64,000 bases of DNA from an uncultured archaeon (GTDB lineage Archaea; Thermoplasmatota; Penumbrarchaeia; JASLWR01). Position numbers and translations under genes: made by a program. The DNA lies in the NCBI GenBank assembly GCA_964430885.1, contig CAYSHM010000005.1, positions 87,068-151,067 of the forward strand, read 5' to 3'. Numbering within the stretch: the stretch's first letter is position 1; each line of letters begins with the position of its first letter. Positions 10,092-18,334 of the stretch are shown piece after piece. The notes beneath the pieces were generated by a model. The model had not been told where the DNA came from. It saw only the letters and a program-made list of their open reading frames with translations, and did no database searches.

Positions 10092-11228
10092 TCAAATTTC
10101 CATGATCCGGGTATTAACAAAATATTCAAAATCGTAGGGGGTCATTTCTCCAGAATGCATTCCTGGAACGGGCATTAGCCTTGCAGATAATGGTTTCTTC
10201 AGTTTATCGGATAGGGAAGCAATATCCAAAAGGAGGGCGTATATTTTCTCAATTGACGCCACACCAGGTAAGGGGATCGTATCGAGTCCAGTTCCGCATA
10301 CGGCTGAAAAAAGAAGAAGGTTCGATATATTGAATGAGCCCTCAATATTCCTAGTTGCCAAACCATGATCCTCCATTACCGGAAGCATTAGACCTGAATA
10401 ACCGCATTTCTTGACATCCAATCCATGTAAAACCCCGGTAACCATCTTGGCGACAGCTAAAGTACCGGCCCCCCCGAACTTCCCTATACCCAATCTTTCA
10501 AAAGCATAAGCTACACTCTCATTTTCCTGAATGGAAGGAGCGATGGATACATCTATCCCTCCGTAATTAATATTTTCATCAACTGCAATTATTTCAGTTA
10601 TTTCCTGGATGCTCTTCATTTGCCGGTTCATTTTTTCATTCAGTATTAAAGCACCTTCATCCATAGATCCTGCCTGGGAAAAAGAATCAAAGAGCACATC
10701 ACTATTTTCTGTTCCTATGGTAATGGAAACAGGGCCTTTGTGATAGGATGCAGGAAAGAAAGGACTACCCGGCCCCACATTGAAAAGGGATGCATAACGG
10801 AGATTGGCAAATCCACCCGGTTCTGCATCCGCAAGTTTTTTTACCAGCTGTGCACTTGAAACCAAAAGTTCCCTCTTCATTCCTCCATGATCGCAGCATA
10901 TGGATGAAGAGAAGCAGCGGCGGGTTCTCTTGAAAATCTCATAAAGCGTCTCCAGCCCCGACTTATCCGCAGCCGGCCCGATGCTAAAATAATCCATGCC
11001 CATCTCTTCGGCAATAAGATCCAGCCCCTCCACCAGGTCCAATATCTGCTCTGCAGAGGTGAAATATTCCTGCCAGGGCTGTGTTGAGAATCTCTTTGTT
11101 TGAACTGTGAAACCGCTGTTCTGAAATGATTTTTCGGCTTTATTTAAGATGTGGGCAGTACGGATCATTTGATCCTTGTAATAAGTGGGGTCTAGTTCAA
11201 ATCCTATTGTTATCGTTCGTATCTTCAT
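10092..11228 (-). CDS. DUF711 (UPF0210) family protein
   Basis: MKIRTITIG start, PFFPASYH, GIDVSIAP, GYSGLMLPVMED, SAVCGTGLDTIPLPG, KPLSARLMPVPG. Confidence 0.85.
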   Translation of the reverse strand: MKIRTITIGFELDPTYYKDQMIRTAHILNKAEKSFQNSGFTVQTKRFSTQPWQEYFTSAEQILDLVEGLDLIAEEMGMDYFSIGPAADKSGLETLYEIFKRTRRCFSSSICCDHGGMKRELLVSSAQLVKKLADAEPGGFANLRYASLFNVGPGSPFFPASYHKGPVSITIGTENSDVLFDSFSQAGSMDEGALILNEKMNRQMKSIQEITEIIAVDENINYGGIDVSIAPSIQENESVAYAFERLGIGKFGGAGTLAVAKMVTGVLHGLDVKKCGYSGLMLPVMEDHGLATRNIEGSFNISNLLLFSAVCGTGLDTIPLPGVASIEKIYALLLDIASLSDKLKKPLSARLMPVPGMHSGEMTPYDFEYFVNTRIMEI

Positions 11229-11281
11229 TGACCGACCTCATGATTTATCCTATAAGCAAAAACAAAATCAAAGGCCCTATT

Positions 11282-14200
11282 TCAAGCCATTCTCATAGCG
11301 TCCTGCGCCAACTCCAAAGCCTGTCTAAACTCGCCTTTTTCATAATATTTCTTGGCCTTTACAAAGGCTTCCTTGGCCTCTGGATTGCGGGATTCCTCGA
11401 TTATCTCCCTTGTGGCCTCAACAATAACTCCCGCTTTGGTCCTCAACAGTCCGTTAAGGATCTGATTGGCCATTTCTATGCATTCCTTGGTAATATCATA
11501 GGATATCTCCACCTCTCCTTGGTTCATGAGGTTGAACGAACGGTCAACCTGAACCTTCAACTCAGATATATCCCCGTTGAACGAACTTATTTCGAACATC
11601 AATCGTTCACATTCGTTAATATTCTCCTTTATCTTTTTCTTGAATAGACCCTGGCCTGCAACTTCTATGTCCCTTATAAGAGAAGCCTTCAAATCCATGG
11701 CCAATTCAAGATCGCCATTGCCGAGATGCGACAGAATTCTTGAATGCTGGGTGCGGAGTTGATTAGTACCTGCTCCCTGCAAAGCTAGTGCCCTAATTTT
11801 TTCTTCCCATGAAGGAGATTCTTTCTCCATATCGCTGATATTTTTCCATCTAATAAGCTGTTTGGTCACCATTATGCTCTCGGCCAGCAATTCCTTGGAT
11901 AGATCCCATTCGCCCCTTTCCATGCACCTCCTGCCCTCAGTTAATAAACTCCAAGCCTGAGATACGTCAATACCTTTATTACGGGTTCCCCTCACCAGAG
12001 CCTCCCCTCTTTTATATTTTTCCTGAAGCTTCTCGCTCATATACTTGTTCATACTCTGATTGTAATGGTCCATAGCCTTATTGGCCAAACTATAGGCATA
12101 CCTGTAATCTCCTGACGAATATTTTCTTTCGGACCTGTTAAGTTCATTTCTATAATGCTCCTCATCTACCATATCACTTCTAGAGGAAAGAACCGCATCC
12201 AGATCCTGTATTGCATTTCTGGCGGATTCCCTCTCCTTTCTCTTGATCAGCTCTTTGGAAAAATATACCATTTCCTCACAGCTCGTTCTGACCTGGGAAA
12301 CATCACCGTCCTTTGCAGCCTGCTTTGTACGGCTGAACATATCCCTCAATGAGGGGGCACGCTCAAGTGAGACTCCAATCCTCTTCATCTCAGATATAGT
12401 GGTCTCCAGTATTGTTCGTGCCTTTTTCCTGTTCTGCATTTTTTTGGCCGCCTTTAGGGATTCATCGGCCTTATCCAGATGTTTCTTCGCAGCATGAACA
12501 TCATTTTCTCCCAAAGCATGGTCCGCTTTATCCAGCCATTTATCCATTTCAACAAACAGGGCTGAATGAAAGCTCAACTTGGCATATTTCATTTTTAGTT
12601 TTTCATGCCTCTGGATAAGCGCTACTTTCATGGCCCTCCTCCCCAGCATGGAGGTCAACTCCTTCAGCGACCTAATAACCTTTAACCTGGAAACCTGGTT
12701 TTCAATTGGTATATTATCCAATTCTCTACTGTAAAACTCAAAAGCCTCTATACCTTCTATACTCATCTGTTTCAGACCCCTCACTCCACCCATCTGGTCG
12801 ATTGCTTTGTTGATGGATCTGATATCCCTATTGATCAAGTTCTCAGTCCTTTTGATAATCCGGTCCTTGACATCATCCATATTAACAAGGTTCAGACGGC
12901 CCTTACCCTGGAGAGATTTCCCATCTATAAAAGTAATTTTCTCTATCTGCTCATAGATCTCCCTGGCAATATCTCTGGGCAATAGCGGGGACAGATTGTA
13001 GAAGTAATCCTTGACATCCAGCAGTTTTCTATCAAAACGCCATTTTTCCTGACTTTTCTCCTCCACCTCCATGAAGTCCTGAAAAATCAGCATAATCTTA
13101 GTAAGATCGTGTTCATCCGCACTCTCCATGGATTTCAGCAATGCTGATAATTTGACCACTGGTTCCTCACCCCATTTCTGGGCCTTGGCCTTGTTCAGAA
13201 CCGCTCTTTCGAGGCCTATCAGTTCCGCCTTAATCTGGCTGCCACGGAGGTTTCGGGTTTTGACTGCATTTTCCAGTGATTCCCTAGCAGCCTTCTCGGC
13301 GCCCTCTAGATTGCCCTCCTCCAGCATTAATATAGCTTTTTGCAGATAACGGAAGCTTGACGATTGGTCGATACCGCCAGACCCCAGTTCCTTCACCTTC
13401 CTGCGTGTGGCCTTTATTGTATCGGACACATGCTTTCTACGATGGGCCTCAAATTCTCTCTTAATCTCACGGGAAGTTTCCTCCAGCTTGATACCAGCTC
13501 CTTCAAAATCCCCCTCCTCCATAAGCTTCTCTATATACTCTACTTTCCTCAGATAGCTCTCTTTCCCCTTCTTCATGGTCAGAAGACGCGTCTTCAGATA
13601 CTCTATGCGGGATCTGTAATCATGAGCCTTTAAAAGGTCCTGACATATTCCTTTGAGAGAACGCAATTTCAGTGTGCATTCCTCATACTCCTCGGAATGA
13701 TACAGCCTTTTTCCTTTTTCAAAAGTGGTTCTCAGGTGGTCAATTTCTCCAGATATCCTGGCGGTTCTATCCATCAGTTCATTTAGCTCCCTTATCAGAT
13801 TCTGGGAATCGGTCTTGAAAAAGGTATCGCTGATATTTTGTGCAGATTTAAGACTCTGAGCTACTAATATCAAACCTCTTTTTGTATCCTCGTTGTTGAA
13901 GCATTCCCAAGCTTTTTTCAGAAGAAGCTGGGGGCCGGTCATATCTATATCTAGGGTCTGATATCTATCAATGAGAGTTTCGGCCTTTTCCATCTCGATC
14001 TCCAAGCGGGACAGACGGAACTGGTGCTCTCTCTCCCGGGCACTGGTCAGAGCATGTTCTATGTTATCCGAAATAGACTCGAACTCCTCGTCATCGATAC
14101 CCTCTCTTCCTCTCAGCAGTTCTCTCATATCCTCCAACAAGCGTTTGGCCTTTGCTATCTTGACCCCCTCTCGTTCAATATCTATGCATATATAGACCGC

Positions 14201-17200
14201 AGCTTCAAGCTTCTTATTCAGGGTATCTATGTTGAAAAGATATTTCTGGCTGTCAAGATGCATCTCCGATTCAGCTATCAGCTTCTCGCCCATATCCCAA
14301 TTCTCTTTCTTGATCTCCTCGGTGCACCTTATAAAGTTCTCGGCTGCTCGGTTCAATGAAGATTTGGGTATTCCCAAACCCACTAATTCGTTGTAATATA
14401 TCTTGACAGCTGTCATCCGGTTCTTTATCCTGGATTTCAGATAATTTGTCTTTGCCTTGTCCAGCATATTTTGGGCCGATTCAAACAGGCTCCTTGCAGA
14501 TTGAATGTCACCCTGCTGATACAGCTCTCGTACCCTTTTCACTATCTTTTCAGGCTGTTTGACATTTATACCTTTGATGCTCGCCTTGTCCATCTCTGCA
14601 CTGAGATTTTCCAAGGATTCCCTGAGATCAATTTTTTCCCGAATGGAAAACGCCGAGTCTATGGCCTTATTATAAGTTTGAATGGAAGAATCATAGTATT
14701 CCTTCTCCAGAAATATATCCGCCCTTTCTTTTAGATCCAGAATATGATCCGCGACCCCATCTTTTTCCTGTAAATAATTTAGCAGTTCATTCAATTTGGA
14801 CCGGGAATCGTATGCTTTTTTCTTGATGTAATCCCTATTCAACGACTGTATGTCAGTCTCCAATTTGGACACTTCTTCCACGAATATATCATCCATCTTA
14901 TCATTGGACACTTTTTTAAACTGGTCCAATCTGCCGTAGTAATCCGCAAGATCGACACTGCCCTGAGAATCATCTTTGATAAAATCCAAAACCTTTTCTA
15001 TCCTAAATAGTTGCCTTGCGGCCAATTTGAAATCATATTCTCTTCTGCGTTCTCTTGCTTCTCTGAAAGCGGCACCACAATATTCCTTTACTTTATCCAA
15101 GCTCCCTTCAGAGAACATTTCCTTTGCATCTTCATAGAATGTCTTCATTAGTGTTGTGTCAAAATCCAATGAAGATATGTGAGCAATCTCTCGCCTAAGA
15201 GATTCCAGTTCCTCTTTGACATTCTTATGCTCCAGGGCTTTGGACAGATCAGAGCAGATCTCATCCATCTGTCCCATAAGCCATTTGGCATCCTTGATAT
15301 TGCCTTCCTTGTAATAATCGTCCAATCTTACCAGGGCTTCGGCCAATTGTTCAGTGTCCAAACCTTGTATCTCATAATTATTAAGCATTGACCGGGTAGA
15401 ATCTAGATAATTACAGACCCTCTTGACCTCTAATTCAGTTATCAGATCATCAATATCTGCTCTTCTTCTCTCAATCAAAGTCTTTGCCTTCTCGAAGGCG
15501 CCATCGCCAATTGAGCGCTTGATCTCTAAAAGTTTCATTTCCATATCTAATACGTTCTCCCCCAGCTGGGAAATATCAAAGAGCTCATCCTCCATATCGT
15601 AGAGCTTACCAAGGAGATCATTTGAGATATAATTCTCATATGCCTTCTTTGCTCTCTCCCAGCCCATGGATATACAGCTAGCGGCATTGTCATGATCATT
15701 TTTCTCAAGTCTTGACCTGGCCTTTTCAATGAAAGACCTTAGGGGATCCACATCAATACCCAAGTCAGTAAGCTCATCGAGTCTTTGCCTGAACTGGTCC
15801 AACTCGGTCCAATAGTGACTGACATATTCATTTTCAATATCAACCTCTATATCGAACAAACCCTTCCGCACCTCATCCAGTCTTCCAGTCTTGAAAATGT
15901 CGGTAATGCCTCTCAATCTGCTGTCCAATGTAAGTATGTCTTTCCCTTTTACCCCAAGCTTCCGGCATTTTTCCCTGAGTGCTTTTAATTTTCTAAATAA
16001 TTCAAGTATATTCGTTTTGCTCTTAATCATGCTCCTGACCCTATCGGACAGTTCAAAAGCAGCCCGGTATCTTTGAGCTTCGAAAAGGTCGATTACCCTG
16101 TCAAGTTCCTTCTTCATAAGTTCGATGTCCTGACCAGCTTCTAGGAGTTCCGGAAAAATAACCTTGCTTTCAGATATTAATTCAAGTATCCTTTCCTGCT
16201 GATAGGTTCCCTTTAATCTTTGTGCAATATCCCATGCACGCTTCACATCTTTACTAGCCTTTTCAATATTATCCTTCTCCATGGAGGCCCGAGCATCGGA
16301 TAATAATTCCTCCAGCGTGGAAGTGTCCATTGAAACATTTCGCCATTTTTTAATTTCCGATTCTATGGAGAACATCCTCTCTTTTAGAACCGGAACTTTC
16401 TTTCTCTGCATCTTGATGTCCAAAGAACTATCTATCCTCTTGAGCAAATCTCTGACGCCGTCTAGGTCATCCTCATTTATCAACCTCAAGGCATCCTCAA
16501 CCATCTCATCAACATCTTCGAGATCGAAATCCTCCTTCCTCAGGTCCTCGATCCTTCTCTCGGTGTTATCAAGCATTCCGGCTATAGAATTCCTTAAATG
16601 TACCCTTTTTTTATCTGCAATATCCTTCTCCAAGTTGTCGAATAATGCTTTCAGGGCCTTGAAATCGCCCTCCTCTATCCTATTCTTGATAGCCATCAAT
16701 CTCTCCTCCAAAACTGAGGTATCTATTCCCTTTCTTTCCAGCATTTTCAGTGACGAGTGAACTTCCACCAATGTCTTTAAATGGTTCCTTTTCATGAACT
16801 CATCATCGGCTTCAGTGATGTATTTATAGGCGCGTTTAACAGTACTCAATGCTGATTCTACATCATCACTTCTAAGCTTGATCTCCGCAGCTCTCAACAA
16901 AATCTCGGCCTTCACGGGCTTCAGCCCTGCCTTTTTGAGTTTGACAAGCCTGCTCTCGGCTTCCTCCCAGAGCTGTTTGGCTTGGGAAGCGTTTTCCTGA
17001 AGCTCCCTAGTCCTGATGATTGCTTCCATTTCACCCAATAATTCTCTGCCGAGAATTACATTTGACCTATCCAAGGCCTCCTGTATATGCGGGTATTTGG
17101 TCTTCAGAAGGGCAACATCCATACCATTGGCAGCCATCGCCCCCACAGATTCCTTCAGAAGTGAGAATCGGCTATGGATCATATCGACATTATATTTTTC

Positions 17201-18226
17201 CAGTTTGGCCTTGGACAATAAAGCCCCTTCTCGGGCAACTTTGGATACAAAGGGATAATCTCCCTGATAGAACGCATTTTGAGCTCCTAAGAACATCTCT
17301 TTTATATCTTCAATATCCACGCCCATGTTATCAAGCTTCACCAACAATCCCTGGAGGATGGACAACTCGTTTATCGCTTTTTTCATTCTAATATCATTTG
17401 TTCTTTTGGCAACATCATCCGAGAGCCGATTCAATCTGCTTTTGGCATCATGATATTTCCTTTTGATAATCCTTTTTTTACATACCTGGAGATGTTCCAA
17501 TTCCCTCTTAACATCAATACCGTCCTTTTCAAGAGACCTTATGCTCATCTCGACGTCTGATATCCGGAGTTCCAGTTCATTTATGTACTCACTATCCCTA
17601 ACCGACATCATTTCCTCGATCAATATTTCCGAAAGTTCTATCGCCTCGTCAAAATCCCCGTCCTTGAGTGCGGTTTTGGCACCTGAATAGCTTATCTTAA
17701 AATTCCTAACACTCACACCTTTTTGTTCCAGTGACTTAGAATCCATTTCAGAAAGATCATTCAATATCTGGCGGGCTTTAGATAATTTCTGCTGGGCATT
17801 CTTTATTTTAATACCGTCCTCAAGACGTTTTATGATGGAGCGGCAATTGGAAAGAATCATTTGTGCAGCCTTGAACTTTCCATCCTTCAAGGCTTTGAAC
17901 CCATCGTTCAGTCTGATACTGATTGCATTGGTATTGGCACCCTGATCCTTTAAAAACGAGGTCTCTTTGCGGGTTCTCTCGAACTCCTCCCATACCTTTT
18001 CCCTGATAGGTAGGTCCTGTTTACCTTCACCCTCGAATTTGGGACGAGCATTGGATTCCGCAGGCAAATCAACCGCATGGTTGTCATGATCAGCTGTTTC
18101 TTCTGCATGATCCTTTCCTTCACGGGACATGAGCTTGGATGCAAGATCACTCACTTTGCCGGGAGAAACACCTTCACCTGTCTTCTCCCTCTTTTCAGTG
18201 GAATGAATTTTTTTATCACGGTCCAA
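11282..18226 (-). CDS. Giant (2314 aa) cytoplasmic alpha-helical repeat protein
   Basis: Long open frame rich in E/K/R/L, with a recurring G(I/V/L/M)D(V/T/I) turn motif about every 60-65 aa. No TM, signal peptide or Walker motif seen. Confidence 0.75.
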   Translation of the reverse strand: MDRDKKIHSTEKREKTGEGVSPGKVSDLASKLMSREGKDHAEETADHDNHAVDLPAESNARPKFEGEGKQDLPIREKVWEEFERTRKETSFLKDQGANTNAISIRLNDGFKALKDGKFKAAQMILSNCRSIIKRLEDGIKIKNAQQKLSKARQILNDLSEMDSKSLEQKGVSVRNFKISYSGAKTALKDGDFDEAIELSEILIEEMMSVRDSEYINELELRISDVEMSIRSLEKDGIDVKRELEHLQVCKKRIIKRKYHDAKSRLNRLSDDVAKRTNDIRMKKAINELSILQGLLVKLDNMGVDIEDIKEMFLGAQNAFYQGDYPFVSKVAREGALLSKAKLEKYNVDMIHSRFSLLKESVGAMAANGMDVALLKTKYPHIQEALDRSNVILGRELLGEMEAIIRTRELQENASQAKQLWEEAESRLVKLKKAGLKPVKAEILLRAAEIKLRSDDVESALSTVKRAYKYITEADDEFMKRNHLKTLVEVHSSLKMLERKGIDTSVLEERLMAIKNRIEEGDFKALKALFDNLEKDIADKKRVHLRNSIAGMLDNTERRIEDLRKEDFDLEDVDEMVEDALRLINEDDLDGVRDLLKRIDSSLDIKMQRKKVPVLKERMFSIESEIKKWRNVSMDTSTLEELLSDARASMEKDNIEKASKDVKRAWDIAQRLKGTYQQERILELISESKVIFPELLEAGQDIELMKKELDRVIDLFEAQRYRAAFELSDRVRSMIKSKTNILELFRKLKALREKCRKLGVKGKDILTLDSRLRGITDIFKTGRLDEVRKGLFDIEVDIENEYVSHYWTELDQFRQRLDELTDLGIDVDPLRSFIEKARSRLEKNDHDNAASCISMGWERAKKAYENYISNDLLGKLYDMEDELFDISQLGENVLDMEMKLLEIKRSIGDGAFEKAKTLIERRRADIDDLITELEVKRVCNYLDSTRSMLNNYEIQGLDTEQLAEALVRLDDYYKEGNIKDAKWLMGQMDEICSDLSKALEHKNVKEELESLRREIAHISSLDFDTTLMKTFYEDAKEMFSEGSLDKVKEYCGAAFREARERRREYDFKLAARQLFRIEKVLDFIKDDSQGSVDLADYYGRLDQFKKVSNDKMDDIFVEEVSKLETDIQSLNRDYIKKKAYDSRSKLNELLNYLQEKDGVADHILDLKERADIFLEKEYYDSSIQTYNKAIDSAFSIREKIDLRESLENLSAEMDKASIKGINVKQPEKIVKRVRELYQQGDIQSARSLFESAQNMLDKAKTNYLKSRIKNRMTAVKIYYNELVGLGIPKSSLNRAAENFIRCTEEIKKENWDMGEKLIAESEMHLDSQKYLFNIDTLNKKLEAAVYICIDIEREGVKIAKAKRLLEDMRELLRGREGIDDEEFESISDNIEHALTSAREREHQFRLSRLEIEMEKAETLIDRYQTLDIDMTGPQLLLKKAWECFNNEDTKRGLILVAQSLKSAQNISDTFFKTDSQNLIRELNELMDRTARISGEIDHLRTTFEKGKRLYHSEEYEECTLKLRSLKGICQDLLKAHDYRSRIEYLKTRLLTMKKGKESYLRKVEYIEKLMEEGDFEGAGIKLEETSREIKREFEAHRRKHVSDTIKATRRKVKELGSGGIDQSSSFRYLQKAILMLEEGNLEGAEKAARESLENAVKTRNLRGSQIKAELIGLERAVLNKAKAQKWGEEPVVKLSALLKSMESADEHDLTKIMLIFQDFMEVEEKSQEKWRFDRKLLDVKDYFYNLSPLLPRDIAREIYEQIEKITFIDGKSLQGKGRLNLVNMDDVKDRIIKRTENLINRDIRSINKAIDQMGGVRGLKQMSIEGIEAFEFYSRELDNIPIENQVSRLKVIRSLKELTSMLGRRAMKVALIQRHEKLKMKYAKLSFHSALFVEMDKWLDKADHALGENDVHAAKKHLDKADESLKAAKKMQNRKKARTILETTISEMKRIGVSLERAPSLRDMFSRTKQAAKDGDVSQVRTSCEEMVYFSKELIKRKERESARNAIQDLDAVLSSRSDMVDEEHYRNELNRSERKYSSGDYRYAYSLANKAMDHYNQSMNKYMSEKLQEKYKRGEALVRGTRNKGIDVSQAWSLLTEGRRCMERGEWDLSKELLAESIMVTKQLIRWKNISDMEKESPSWEEKIRALALQGAGTNQLRTQHSRILSHLGNGDLELAMDLKASLIRDIEVAGQGLFKKKIKENINECERLMFEISSFNGDISELKVQVDRSFNLMNQGEVEISYDITKECIEMANQILNGLLRTKAGVIVEATREIIEESRNPEAKEAFVKAKKYYEKGEFRQALELAQDAMRMA

Positions 18227-18334
18227 ACTCTTTCCTCCAAATACCTTAAGAATAACTCCTCATGATTGATCATATTCAGATCTAAAGCCGAATCCCGGTC
18301 ATATTAGACCAATTATCTAATCAATACCAATCAA

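Noticed and set aside
11282-18226. SMC/Rad50-like chromosome segregation ATPase
   Set aside because: No Walker A/B, signature motif, hinge or zinc hook is visible.
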